Shown in pieces: positions 24,206-38,029 of a stretch of 61,472 nucleotides of DNA. The stretch comes from Chara braunii (lineage: Eukaryota > Plantae > Charophyceae), in assembly GCA_003427395.1 (NCBI GenBank), contig BFEA01000018.1, positions 5,256,891 to 5,318,362 on the forward strand, written 5' to 3'. A program made the position numbers and the translations under genes. The notes beneath the pieces were generated by a model. That model was given only the letters and a program-made list of their open reading frames with translations. It searched no databases and was not told the DNA's origin. Position 1 is the first letter of the stretch, and each line of letters starts with the position of its first letter.

Positions 24206-24797
24206 TGCGCTCCACCGCTGCAAAGACATGCCAACTCAGACAAACTACACGCCCATGTGGACATTAATCAGATCATACGTAGATGAAGCTGAAGCATTTT
24301 TGTGCATCCACACTGGACCACATACACATGCAAGGCTTAGCACAGAAACGGATTTTGGGAATTTTTGGGGCCTTACTATTTCATGTTCTCAACTGTAGGG
24401 ATGTCGGAGTGGCAGCATAATGCCAGCATTGACAATTTGACACCCCGTTATCCTTTGATGATGACAAAGATCGATAATCGGCACGTGCGACCCTTTTTTT
24501 TTTTTTTTTTTTTCACAGGTACTGAACAACTGTTGCGGCAAAATATTTCAAAATAGTATTACACGGGAATACGATGAAGAACATGGGACCCTTCTTTTGT
24601 TTTTTCATTTTTAAGATCGGCCTGAGGTAAAAAAAAACAGAAAAAAAGGAAAAACGAGCGGCCTGAGCGTGCTAGTGGGGGGATGCGGAAGAACATGTGA
24701 CAGTTTGAATTGAAGTTTGAACAAATCAGGAAGTTCAACGTGAATTAGTAATTATAAAATAAAAGGCGTAATTACTAATTAGTAATGACTAAATAGC

Positions 24798-25087
24798 TAG
24801 GCTACCAGAGTGGCCCGGGGTCACTTGCCCGGCCGGGTGAAAAAAAATGAAAAAAATAAAAATAAAAATATTATTTTTGAACTTTATTTTTTATTCTAAA
24901 TTTGGTGAAGAATTTCGATGTGACCCTGAGGCAAAAAGTTGTTCAGTTTATTTTTCTGCATAACATAGTTTTTTTTCGAATTTTTTGGTATTTTGTTTTT
25001 ATTATTATTATTTTGCTGGGACCTTCCTTGGTCCTTCCTTGCACGGGCTGGCCACCCGGGACCCGGGTGGCCCGGCTGGTAGCCTTG
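24798..25087. mobile_element. Small MITE-like element with GC-rich termini
   Basis: aggctaccag...ctggtagcct inverted termini, subterminal cccggg motifs and an AT-rich interior. No TSD seen. Confidence 0.45.
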
Positions 25088-26352
25088 CAATCAGACTCGC
25101 TCTCATTCACACTTCTCAAGCATGCAAACAGGTGCACAGCAAACTGGTGACAAGCGCCCACTCAGAACTCAGGGATGTGGTAACCGAGAACACAGTTCAG
25201 ATACAAGTTCATTTCGATGGCTATGGCCACTCAGCGCCCACACAACTCTCTGTTCGCATACACAGGATCACCCTGGATATCCCACACGTGATACTCTGAA
25301 CACACACACACACACACACACACACACTGAACTCTACCTACAGATATGGCGGCTATGGCCGCTACTACCCTATCGCTATGGCTAAGCTCCTTCTCTCTTG
25401 CCCACTTTGTCCTCGGGCTCACTGCAGACCACCTCGCACAAGTCGCTTATGGCAGCGCTTCCGCATGGCTCACGCAGGAATGAATGAATGACTGCGCGCT
25501 GCCTCTTGATTTATACTTCTGCAGCTCGTTGGTCTGGCCCTTTCCCATGCCCGTAGTGCACACAGTCCCATCCGGTACTTGCTTGACTGGACCACGACTG
25601 ACTGGGACTGCTGACTGCTGACTCAGCACGGGTAGACTCCACCACTTGCCCACTTGCCTCAGTCTAAACGTGGGCAACTTCGAAAGGCCACTACTCGGAC
25701 CTTCCGGAAGGCCGTAGACCTGGCCTTTCGATACTGTAGCAGCTACGACCTTGACCTTTCTGGACTGTAGCAGCTACGACCTTGACCCTTTGAGAAAGCT
25801 ACGTCTACGACTTCTAGACCTGACTGAGACTCCTACTCGACAGGTCTACAGATCGAACCCCTGCTACCTATGGACCCTACGACAGCCTACCAACTGTTAC
25901 AAATATACAGGTCACGGGTTCAACTCTAGGGGTCGACACAGATACTGTACACAGGTAAGGTGGGGACTAGGGGATCGAGCCCTGGGATCTGCATCGGCTA
26001 CTGCAAACTGGTGAATACGGTTTCAGCCTAGGTAAATAGTAAATAGTAATTAGCTAGTGTGCAGGCTCCTGAAAGAGGCAGCTCCTAGAACGGTAATTAC
26101 TAATTATTATTAATTACTAATTATAAAATAAAATTTATCAAGTGAATTAATTCAGCCACACACTGGCGCTGTCCACCCACACCACTTCTTTCTTTCCCCA
26201 CTATACTGTCTGTCATCTCCTAACTGCCTCTTGCTCTTTGTCTCCAGCCCTCTCCGTCATACGTTCTTCCCTCTCGTCCAGCCTCCTCCATCTTCTCCGT
26301 CCACGTGTTCGTCTATTCTTCTCTTTGCCTTTCCTGTCTGCATCCGCCTCTG

Positions 26353-26564
<212 letters not shown>

Positions 26565-26663
26565 TGATTCTATACAATATCCATTCATTGTAAGTCGGTA
26601 TAAAAATATGAGAAATTTTCCATTCTGCCCACATACAACCTTCCCACGTAAACATGCTCACAC

Positions 26664-26710
26664 AACCTCTTGATGAGTCGGTGAAAGTCCGACGAAACAG
26701 TCTGTTCAGC
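26664..26710 (+). ncRNA. Hammerhead-ribozyme-like motif (isolated, degenerate copy)
   Basis: cctc-TTGATGA-GTCGG-tgaaagt-CCGAC-GAAA-CAG-t-CTG-TT. Same family as the 43-45 kb array. C3 is changed to U and helix I is not evident. Confidence 0.5.
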
Positions 26711-26752
26711 ACAGTCATGCTTTTTTTCAGTGTATCGCGAAAATATAACAAT

Positions 26753-26813
<61 letters not shown>

Positions 26814-26941
26814 CATGCTTTTTTCAGTGTATCGTGAATATGACAACACACACACACACACACACACTCAGTTGTTTGTTTGTTTGTTTTCCTGTTGTTG
26901 TCTGTCCTCCCCCTTTTTTTTCTAAGTGTTTTGCTTACCCA

Positions 26942-27340
26942 AACTGAGCACCCTTAAGTAGTGCCAAACAGTCGGTGGTTCCTCGTTTGGAGTGCCTACT
27001 GCACTCTTATGGGGGCCACTCAGTTCGGGTTGTCTGTGTTGCCTATAGGTGATGACGGATGTTCGTTGGAGTGACTCCCTGGCTCAGTGGGTGGTGGGAA
27101 CCAACAGTCTGTAGGGATCAACCGTGATGTGAGTAGGTCATGCACTGCTTTGCTCCATGTTGGATGTGTGGACGACCCCGTCTGCACACCACCGCCGCCT
27201 TGCTGCCTGCTTGCTTTGCATATTGCTCTCTGCAAGTTGCTGTGTTCAATGTGTGTGGCTGTGTTGTCGGTGTTGTCTTGCGCTTCGCTGCTCTGCTGCC
27301 TTGCTGCCCATCCGTTGGCCGTGCCTTCCGTGTTTGTGCC
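26942..27340 (+). repeat. Dispersed repeat family A, copy 2
   Basis: Aligns with 23961-24205 and, inverted, with 33680-33998. Confidence 0.85.
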
Positions 27341-28406
27341 ATGTTTTTCCCTGCAGTCGTTTTTGGCGTTGTGCAGCCGTGTTGCCTCTAATGTGCTGCC
27401 TGGTGCTCCACAGGGTCACCGCCCGCTGCTTTGTTCCGCTTGGGGACAGTCTGCCTTCAACAAGGGTCAAAGGGTTCATGACCCAAACCATCTAATACCG
27501 AGATTCCCGCAGATTATCGAGGGTTTAGCCTCCTCATGAGTGGGTGCAATTCCGACAAAACAATCTTTCATCATCTGTTTTATTTCATTTTTTTATTTTT
27601 TTCAGTCTTTGCCTGGTTTATACTTGTATCTTTTTCGGGTGTTGTTGTCGTTTGTCTTGCTGTTGTTTCCCTCGCTGCCTTATGCTGTTTGCTTGCCCAT
27701 CCGTCTACCACATGCCTTTCGCCCCAGGTACGATGTTGTTTTCTGCTGTTTGCCTGCCTAGTGTGCTTGTTGTTGTCTGCCGTTCTATTTCCCTCGTGCC
27801 TTCAAGTCTGTGTTCATTTTTGTTGCCTGCCGTGTCTGCTCCTTGTGTGTTGTCAGCCCTCCCTCCTCCCCCATGCCCTCCAGCCTATTTGTTGTCTTGC
27901 TGTTTGTGCCCTGTGTTTCGTTGTTGTTCCTTCCTTGCCTTTGGACTCGACTCCACTCAGATGCGTATTCTCCTCCTGTGGTGTTGCGATGGTATGGTGC
28001 ATGGTTTTTACTGTGCAGAGGTCTCTACAATATGTGTTCACACACATCTCACACAACACACACACAAAGTACACACCAAACACACACATACATACACATT
28101 AGTTGCAGTTTGGTCAAACAGTTAATATGCCTTGTGAGCAGAGACAGGTGTGATCAAAGAATGACATTGAATTTCAAGCATTGAGAGAACGGATGACATG
28201 CAACGACCATGACTTTCCAGAACCACGACACTGGCACTGTGGCACCCCCACGTTCTTCGCAGACGGATCCGTCTCCTTGCTGCCTTTCATGGAAATAGAA
28301 AAAAACTGTTGAAGAATGGTCCAGGACTGAAATGCTGAAAAAGAGCATTGCCCTGGCGAAACTTGTCTGACGTTGCAAGCCAACATTCCTCGCAGACATG
28401 TATATG

Positions 28407-28454
<48 letters not shown>

Positions 28455-30559
28455 GGAGTGTCTCCTTGACGCATTTCCATGGATCACTGAAAATGCTGAA
28501 GAAAAACCGAAACACGCTGAAAATGATGTGTGTCTTTGCCGCATTGTCTGAGCATCCGTCTGAGCATCCTCAATATTATTACGCTCCAAGCTGTGGTGGA
28601 AGCACATCTGTCCTTCCTGATGCAGATGAACCTGGTCACAACATTCTGTCAGTCCCCGCGGCCCCTTGTTGCAATTTTTTTCCACACTGACACTTCTCTT
28701 CCAAGGGTTGAGTTTCAGTACCAGCAACATCATTCATACAAGCCTATTCCTCCAATCCTCAACATCATACATCTGCGGCTACCGTACGATCCTGTCCTGA
28801 ATGCATGATCCTCCCAATAAGTAGACAGTTGGACGCTTTTTGCTCTTCCCAGGTTTCAGCGTAATACTTTTTGTTTTCCACGCTGTCGCGCGCAATCGGT
28901 GCGGCACAGCACGCGGCAGCGCGGGACCCTCTCGGCCGCGTCACGCAGGAGTTGGACCAGCCTCGTCACGAACACATAAGTGGAGCTTCCTTAGGCCGCT
29001 CCGGCCGAGTGCGCCAGCCATACCTCTCGCGAGCCCCTACGACAGGATAGGGCCTACGCGAGGCACAACTTACCTCCACCTTACGAGAGTTGTCACCTCC
29101 CTTCGTTGGGTGTATCCCCGCCGAGCTACCAGTCCACAGTACGAAAGTTAATCAATTGAAATCGCAGAGGTGGACCAGCCGAGGGCGTTTCCCGTTCGCT
29201 GTAGCATAGGGGGTACGCGCGGTAATACACCTATCGGACCCGCACACGAACCGACATCTTGGGGGCCTAAAGTCCCAAGCGCGGCCCGTCGTCGGTCGAC
29301 TAGGAGGCATCCCATAAACCACGCGCACACCACTCTAACAACCACAAAACAACAACAACACACACACACACACATACGCACGTAGTCATCCCATAACTTT
29401 TCACTGCGGAAATTAGGTGGGCGTCGTGCGCGAGACTCGGTATAAAGCCGCGCGGACGCAGGACTATCTCATATCGACTCGCAATGCAAGCGTACGCAAG
29501 CAGTCGCAATGACGACGTACTATGTAGTAACCTCGAGGGCCGTATTCGACACTCAAGTGTCGGCTGGCATGCGCCTTGAGGGTTAATATCTCGACGCTGG
29601 ACAACCGCCATGCGCGGTTGAAGACCACACAACCTCTTCTGCACCTTATGCAGAGCGGGTGGTACACAGGTCCACGCCTATGGTGGTAGTCGTCTCTCGC
29701 GGCCCTGGGGGTAAGTCCTCCCCGGGCCTAGGCGAAAGTCAAGGGGTTTCACTTTGACGGCTGCCACGGACTATAACGTCCAACCATACAAACTCTAAAA
29801 AGCAAGGGTAAAAAGGGGACCTCCCTTCCCTCCCGAGACATAATCCAGTTAACCCTTATTCACACTCACAGTAACCCTCTCAAATACTCAGGGCACTTAC
29901 AAATACATAAGGGTTGATTATATAGGACGATCACTTCTCACAGTCACAGTGAGGCTCCTCTCAGCCATATGTGTATGAAATCGCAGGCAATCACATCCAG
30001 AGTCTGAATCACAACCATACCTGCAATCACATCAACGATTCAACCAAAAGTCCACGCACTACACGGGATCAACTTCAACCATTGTTTGGACTCATAACCC
30101 TTGCCTTAGCCATACAAGCCTCACTCGTGCAACTCTTAAATAAATACTCGATACTTATGTTGGATGGCCATTCAATAAAGTTCGGGTAAAAACACAACAA
30201 AACAATTCAAATCTCAAGGCTAAAGCCTTTAGGTTGAGTGACAAGAGTGGATTGGAGTTGAATCGTACACCGACGAATCGGCAACCGACCTGTTATCAGT
30301 GATGTTATCGGTGATAACAGAAGATGATCCTCGTGGGATCAAGCTGAAGCTAGTCCAAATCATGAGTTGAATGTCCAAAAAAGGTCTGTTTCATAATACA
30401 TCTCAATACCCAAGTTAAATCATCAGCATATGGGGGATGATCCTCCATAGCGCTACCTGCCAACTAAGTCTAAGCCTACGTCTAAGTCAGTGCCCAAAGC
30501 AAGGGTAGACTAATGGCAGAATCTCCCCTATTCAGGGTGGATCGCCAAAGTCGCCACCT

Positions 30560-31130
30560 GCCAAAATATAATCTAACTCCTCTAAATCAAGAAAATTTCG
30601 GCAGCGCTTCCCATAGGAAAAGTGTCTTCCCAGAATTTATATAAGTCCAAATATGAAAGCAGAAATAATTTCTAACTCTGGAAAGTCAAACTTTGTCTAA
30701 CTCCCTGATTTAGTAGAAATTTGGGCAGCACTTCCTTTAAAAGGGGAGACTTCCCTGATTTACACTAAGTCAGATTCAAACTCAAAAATAAACTTGTCAA
30801 ATTTAGACAAGATTTAACTAACTCCTTAGTTTTGCAGAAATTTAGGAAAGTGTTATTCCAAAATTTATACAACGCTAAGTTCAGAATCTAAAAATAACTT
30901 TGACCTCTCAAAGTTCAATTTTTGTCTAACTCCCTGAATTAACAAAAATTTGGGCAGCACTCCCTTTAGAAAAGGAGACTTTTCAAATTTTTACTAAGTC
31001 AGATATAAAGAATAGATAAGTTGAACTTTGACAAGTCAAAAGTTGACTAGGGATTTGTAGAAATTTCGGCAGCGCTTCCCTTAGAGAAAGTAGCTTGCCA
31101 AGATTTATACAAAGCCAAGTATAATAAAAG
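30560..31130 (+). repeat. ~115-123-bp degenerate tandem repeat x ~5
   Basis: aaattt(c/g)ggcagc(g/a)cttcc recurs at about 30595, 30718, 30838 (degenerate), 30947 and 31061. Confidence 0.8.
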
Positions 31131-31409
31131 ATTCCCGAAAATGTGAAAATTAACTTGAGTAAAAAAAAACTTAGCTCAGGAAATGCAGGAATTGAAACTA
31201 ACTCTTGTAGCTCTAACACGTTAAGAGCGACTAAAGCAACTACCTATCAACCTGAAACTTCAGCCAAGTAGTAGCTTCCCTCAGTCACATGCAGGCCAAG
31301 CTACGAAGGTAAGTACTATCGTCATCCCCAAGTCAACCTGAACAAACAATAGTTCATGATCTCTCGATGATTTAACTCTTTGTACCTAGCTTACATAAGG
31401 CATAGGCCA

Positions 31410-32350
31410 GGCCGCCTTAACTTACAGAGCGCGCCGAACTTAGCCAGGTCTAAAGTCAGAATACCTAAACTTATAGAGTGTTCCGACTTAGCCAAGTATA
31501 CACAAACAGAGGGTACAACTACTTTTCTCTTCCTTGGGCATATGACTAGGCCGCTCTAGTCGCCCTGAACTGTTTAGATAACCAAGTTATATATATCTCT
31601 CTGAACTTAATCTTCAGGGTGGGCGTAGGACTGAGCCATTCATCTTAGAAACAATGCTCAGCCGGTCCAAGCTACCTTCAATTATATTCTTAATTGTACT
31701 CTCTTCAATTTACGATAAGTTATAGCCAGATCATCCAATCTTATGGAACCCGTGCCTCACTAGCCTGTTCATAGATAAAATAATAGTAACATAAAGCCAA
31801 ATTATAACCCTTGGGTTCCACGATGTGCGAGGCTTCGAGTCAAACCCCCTGAACTTACAAAAGGGTCTGCCTCTCCACCTGATTCCTTTCTCTCTAAGCC
31901 TTCCTGTGTGTGGCATTGGGTCAAGCCCCCTGAACTTACAAAAGGGTCAGCCCTTTATCAGGTTCATTTCCTTAAAACAAATGCAGGAAGAGACTGAGCC
32001 ACCTGAACTTACAGAACAGCTCGGCCCCCTCGTTCAGAACCAAAAGAAACTCAGGAAAACCCAAGGAAAACAAGGGAACTCACGACACCAAAACTTATTG
32101 AGCGTCCTGAGTTCCTGAAAGTCAATCGCAGTCAAACCCCTCGCAAGTCAAAGCAGTCAGGACACCTAAACTTATAGAGCGTCCTGACCCTCCACTCAAC
32201 TCACAGCACCGGGTCTCCCCAAACTTATGGGGACTTCCCAGCCTCCAAAGCATTCAGGCTACCTAAACTTATAGAGCGACTTGACTGCTCCATGCAAAAC
32301 CAAAATAAGCAAAGCGTTGGGCTTCCCCAAACTTATGGGGACCTCCCTGC
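31410..32350 (+). repeat. Dispersed short motif array (ct(g/a)aactta(c/t)agag...)
   Basis: About 10 copies of cctaaacttatagagcg / cctgaacttacaa / ccaaacttatgggga. Confidence 0.7.
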
Positions 32351-33679
32351 CTTGATGACCCAGTCAACCATCATGAAATTCGGCCTACCATCCTGCCCTT
32401 CCCAGATGCAATTCCTCTTACTCGCAATCTACTTTCAGGCATTCAACAAATCTGAAACTGACCTTGCACACACATTCCTTTACTTAGTCTGAATTCTAAT
32501 CCTGAAAGTCAAGCCAAAGTCAACGTACAGGATTCAGTCAATACTCTCAGTCAGACCATAGAAAGATATACAACTAGGGGTTATAATTGGGTTTATAGAA
32601 AGGGTCACGAAATTACCATGCAGGTCCCTGCCTCCAGGACTCCGCCTGAGTCCCGGCAGAGCTCCCGCAATCGGTGGGGCAAACCTCCCGCAAGGCCTTG
32701 GCGCGGGTTACGGGTCACAAGCCCGCCTGCCGCCTTCCTCTCAGAACCAGGGGACTAGACTTAGAGTAAGAGGGGCAGGAGATAGAAGGGTTTTAGTCTC
32801 TCAGATCCAAGGAGGGGTGCACTCAGACTCGCGGGAGAGGGCCTTGGTTCCTTGACGCGCCTGAGGGCCCCGCAATGGTGGCCGAATTTGCAACAAGGTG
32901 GCCAGCCAAAGTCAACCTATCGAATGTTAACTCCCTGATGACTCTTCAATTCGCAATAATACCCGGAGCACAACAATAAGGCACGACGCAGAGTGCGACA
33001 ATTCGAGGATGTAACAAGGAGGATGGCAACACTTTAGAAAAGCACAAAGGTCGCACCGAGCCTCAGCGACGAGGGAGCACAACAAGGTAGTGGCCAATAG
33101 AACGGAAGCCTGCGATGGCAGCTCCAAAATAAGTAGGATGGTCGTCGCTCAGTCGTACTTCTATTGATGATGATCAGTAGCTTTGTGGCATAGGCCAGCA
33201 GCAATTCCAACCATAACACTAGCGTTCATCAGTGGTGTTGGTACCCACAAGCTATGCCACAAGCCCGTCCTGCGACGTACAGCAGACCAAAGCGCCCAGT
33301 GTCGAGCTGCATGTGATTACATCCCCCGCTATCAAAAGGCTTAGTACACTGCAACAGCCCAACTCCGATGGGCGCTCAGTCTGGCACCACAATAGTATCT
33401 GAACCTCTGGCCTCAACCAACCCAGGGAAACTCGGTCGAGCCGTGCCGTAGCCACCTGGTAAATCTCCAACTCCATTGCTGTCCCTCGCTCTCACCTTCG
33501 ACACTCAACCTCCTACTCACACGACCACAAGGGACGCCCCGTCACACAGGATGCCACGCGAAAACAATGAAGTGAAGCATAATACGAGCAAGACAACAAC
33601 ATTGCAGAAGACGACGGGGCGGATAGACCAGCAGGTTGGCAGCAGTGGAGTGGGGTACAGGGGGCCAGCACCAGGACAA

Positions 33680-33998
33680 CCAACCAGCTGATGAACTACA
33701 AGCAGTGGAGCAACAAGGCGGGGGGGGCAACATTGGCAGCGTAACCACACCACACGACGAACAGAACACTTCGCAGAGAACCACATGCGCAGCACGCAGA
33801 TATGCAGCAAGGCACTGGCAAAGCGTAGACGAGGCAGTCCGCACATCCAATATGGAGCAAAGCAGCCCTTCACCTATTCTCATCACGATTGAACACCGTC
33901 GGTTATTGGTTCTCGCCACCTACTGAGCCCGGGAACCACCCCCACAAGCATCCGCCACCAACCGCAGGCAACACAGACATCCCGAACCGGGCAGCCCC
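33680..33998 (-). repeat. Dispersed repeat family A, copy 3 (inverted, more diverged)
   Basis: Reverse complement contains cgggatgtctgtgttgcct...ggctcagtaggtggcgagaaccaa...ctgctttgctccatattggatgtgcgga, matching copy 2. Confidence 0.8.
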
Positions 33999-36900
33999 TG
34001 TCCCAATGCGTCTGACCCGCAATAACGGTCAGGTCCACTATACTTCACTGCCTTCGAAGGCGGGCACGACCATGTCTCTCGTCACCGATTCCGTCCAGGT
34101 ACGTGCGCCCCACTTCCCCTGACTCTCTCTCTCTCTTTCTCTCTCTGTCGCCTACTGTAGGAGACCGTGCCCCGTATAAATACGTACGAAAAAAAAGCCG
34201 AAAAAAGAAAAGGAGAAAAACGGGAATGAATCTTCCGCTAAAACGCGGAAAGATTCGTCAACATTTTTAAGGCTTTCCCCCTGGCGCAGCCCATTTCCTT
34301 GCTAACTCCTAATCCACTAATCCAATACTCAAACTAACTATAAATTCAAAACCGCCCGCCCCGAAATCCTCTACCTGACCCCCTCTTTCACTCGGTCCCT
34401 TCAAGAATCGAGCGAAGTCTCACTCCTCCATTCCTCGTCTCTGCCATCTCCCGCACAGGCCTTTCCCTTTCTAACACTAATTCTACTCACTCACTTCTAA
34501 AACTAACACTGCTATCATGCTCGCCCGACCCTCAAACCCCCTGATAGCATCTTAGATTGCCCGAAACGGTCAAGAAATGACCGTTCTATCGCCAATTCGC
34601 TCCCCTGCTTTTCTCCTCCCGCCGTAGCCTCGCGCAACCCGTACTTCTTTTAACTTCCTCTTTACTAATCCCCTCCTAAAACTAATTGCATATCCGGATT
34701 CGCCCTACCAAATAACCCCGATTTGCTACCTTTCCTCACCCGATTCCGTAAAGAATCGGGAATGATATCACACCTCCCTCCATCTTCGACTATAGCCCGC
34801 TCTTTTCACGTTCGACTCCGATTGCACCTGGCTCCTCTTAGCGTCCAGGTTCTCCCCTCCCCTTCTCGCTGCCCGTCGCCCCCAGTCACTCCGTCCGTCG
34901 TCTGTTGCTGCGTGCTGCCAACCCCTGCCTGCACTTCTACGCCTGTCTCCTCCGCCACCTCCAGTCCTTGCTCCGTATGGACCCGACGCGATCCGCGTCC
35001 GGGTTCACTTTGCCCCTGGCTCACTCTCTCAGTGCAGCACCTCGCCAACAATCGGTTGTCGACAACGCGTTCCGGTCGGCCGGCTCGAAAGCCGAGCAAA
35101 GCAATCGAGGGGAGGGGCCTGCCTCCTACTTATGTGTGACATCCTTGCGCTGAGATCGAGCAAATCTTCTCTGCTTCGCTCCAATTTTAACAGATGTCCT
35201 GAAGGACGTGGCAGGACGATGCCCCGCGGCTTTCCCAAAGGTCAGTCAGCCTTTTCACTCTTCCCCCACGCACCTTACCCTGGTTCCCATCCGGGTTCAG
35301 TCCCGGATTTTTCTTTACGGGCGACCCCCACCCCGTGGTCGCGCAAGCCTTCCCTCTACCGCTCCAATTCTAACGGATGTCCCGAAGGACTCAAGCCGCT
35401 GGGCCACCTTGCCTTCTCAGTACCCCGCGGCCCTGTGAAATGGCCCCGGGGTAAGCCAGAACGCAGGTCTGTACTTGAATAGTTCATAGGTGTGCCCCAC
35501 CGGGCTAGGCTCTCGGGCACCTGTTACACCCCCTACACCGCGTCCCAAGGCAACGGGCGCGGTCAGGAAAGAGGGTGGCGAAGTTATACAAAAAGAGAGG
35601 GGTAGCTCCGGCGCCGTCGCGAAACCAGTTTGTAATTGCACTTCAGGGAGTCCCGTGAATACGGCCCACCCCATGTGGTCCCACTGCCGGCTTGTATGCA
35701 TGTCGGGCCCCTCGGCCCGACTTTTCCCGGTAGGCGGGATAGAGGAACCTCGTCACCACCTCCATACGCGCTCCTACCGTAGTCTCGCGTCCCAAACGGG
35801 ACGCGATAACAAGGGAACCCAGAACAATAGACAAAAGGGAAATAAGATAAAATAAAAGTAATCGTCGAGGAACCGTAGGGCCGCTGGCACCTCGCCAACC
35901 CCGCGGATTGGATCCGCCGCCGCACCCATAAACAAAACCGAGGGGGATAGCCCCACAGGGCCCTCAACCCCTCAGGCTTTCTCTCAACGCTACTCCGCTC
36001 CAGCCGCGCCGACGCCTGCTGGGCCCGATCCCCGAACCACCATGGTAACAGTCCGTTGTCGTAACCTATAGGGCTATGCCCAAGCCTGATACCGACGCCT
36101 ACAAAGTACCATACAAGGCAGTGCGGCGCGGCGATTTGGTCCAACAAAACGGCCGCGCGGCTCCCAGTGCCCCCGCCGGCGGGCTTATACCATGCCATAA
36201 TTGCCCCTCTCGCCATCCTCCGACACCCCGCTCACCACACGAAGTCGCGCCGTCGTAACGGTTGCCGATGTCGTCGTCGGGGTCGTTCTCCGCACGCGCG
36301 CTCAGCTCGGTCAAACGTAGCCATCGAAAGAAAGTATCCCCTAGATCCTAGTTTAACCAAAAGTAATAAGAACTTAAAGATAAGATAAAAATAAACAGAC
36401 CGGCGCCCCCGCCGGTTTCGTAATCAACATTAGGGGACGAATCACGCGCGCCTTAAACCTTCGCGCCCACGCACTCTTTACTCTAGTCAACCATCCAGTC
36501 AACGTAATCACAGACACAGCCGCGCCTAGCGCGGTATACTTAACTTTAAACCAAAACCATTTTCTGTCACTTGCAAAAAACAGGGCGGATACCGTTGTAA
36601 TGGTATTCGCATTGACAACGCCCCATTATAATTCTCCTTGGGACTACTGTGTCTCGAAGCTTTGAACATCGAAAGCATTTCAAGAGGGAACCCAAAACTG
36701 TGACGGTACCATCAACAGTAGTTTGATCCGGGCCCGGGGGACTCACCGTAACGGTTCCCTTTTGTGATATTAGTGCAATCATATATATATATATATATCG
36801 TCAAATATATATATATATATATATATGATTATCATTCACTTCCCAATGTGTGACGGATGTGTGATCCCTTGTTACCTCTGTGTGTTGTTCCCTCCACACT

Positions 36901-37139
36901 ACGAAACCAGCAATCAGCATTAACGGACCAGCGGCAAAGGGGGGGGAGGGGGGGAGGGGGGGGGTTCAAAGAATGGGCACTCTAGGGGTCCCAAGAGGTA
37001 CTAGCTTATTCGGGTTCCAAGAGGGGTCTCGATGGGGTTCCACCACAATCATCTGGGGTTCCAAGCGCTGGCTCGCTGTGAGACAGGAAACATGCTTCGT
37101 CCTAGTAATGAGAAGATAGAAAAATGCTGCCACAGCACC

Positions 37140-37690
37140 ACTGTACATCCGCCGGGAAAAGTTCACTCGGGTTAGACTACGGTAAAACTAACAAGTTAAC
37201 TCACGTTAATACTTAAACCACCAGTACATTTCCCATACAGTATCGGGTTCGAGCCCAAACGAAGGAAAAAAGGGGCCGACATTTACACAATGGCGGCGGC
37301 CCTTTTTCCCGCTGGCTTCGGAATATACCCGCGTGTTTCTCCAAAATGCCTCGGAAACGTACTACTGCTTTAACCCCTACTTCGTCCTACACGGCATCAC
37401 TGTACACATCCTGGAAAACTCACTCGGGTTAGACTACAGTTTTTTTTTTTTTTTTTTTTTTTTTNTTACACTCTCGTGGTAATAACTAAGTTCAGCAACT
37501 GTTACACTCAAAGTTTTTTTTTGTTTTTTTTTTTTTTTTTTTGTTACACTCCAAGTTACCTCGTGGCAATAACTAAGTTAAAAAGCGCCCCCGCTGAAGA
37601 AATTTGCTCCACGGTCTCAATATGCTGGGTTAGACTACGGTTAGTACAGTTATAAGACTTAGATTAACTCGCATTAATAACTTAAGTACT
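37140..37690 (+). repeat. Three dispersed copies of (cact)cgggttagactacrg
   Basis: Copies near 37165, 37421 and 37627, each followed by a taatacttaa/taataactaag-like motif. Confidence 0.6.
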
Positions 37691-38029
37691 ACCTGCCTCT
37701 GCGCCGGCCTTTGTCTTTATGGTACACACCTGCCACATGACCAAACAAGTGAAAAGAGTTCAAATCCTCATGGATGAAATAATTTTCGGGCGCTAACCCC
37801 CCAGTCTCCCTTTCTTTTCCAGAAAAGAAATGGCATTGTACGCTCCTCTTGGACGCTCAGGCCACTGACGTGGAGCGCGTGGCTGCTGTGATCTGACTGC
37901 ATTCTCACGGTCGGACTTCTCTGCATACACCTGACCTAGGTAATAGTTCCAGTTCCATCAAGAACTTGGATGCATCTGACCTAAGTTCCATCTCAATTCA
38001 GACGCTTAATTACGAGTGAGAGTATGCCC

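Larger units (their letters stand above)
28880..36600. mobile_element. Probable non-coding LTR-retrotransposon-derived region (nested LTR/internal fragments)
   Basis: Strong strand asymmetry, internal tandem arrays and LTR-terminus-like motifs (tgtaggag at 34156, tgttacacccc at 35522). No recognisable protein domains and no paired LTRs found. Confidence 0.35.

Noticed and set aside
25176-26026. Solo LTR
   Set aside because: LTR-like composition and TG...CA ends, but no TSD or second copy in the window.
27087-28184. Cys/Leu-rich membrane-protein-like ORFs
   Set aside because: Compositional artefact of TG/TC-rich repeat DNA with overlapping ORFs in all frames.
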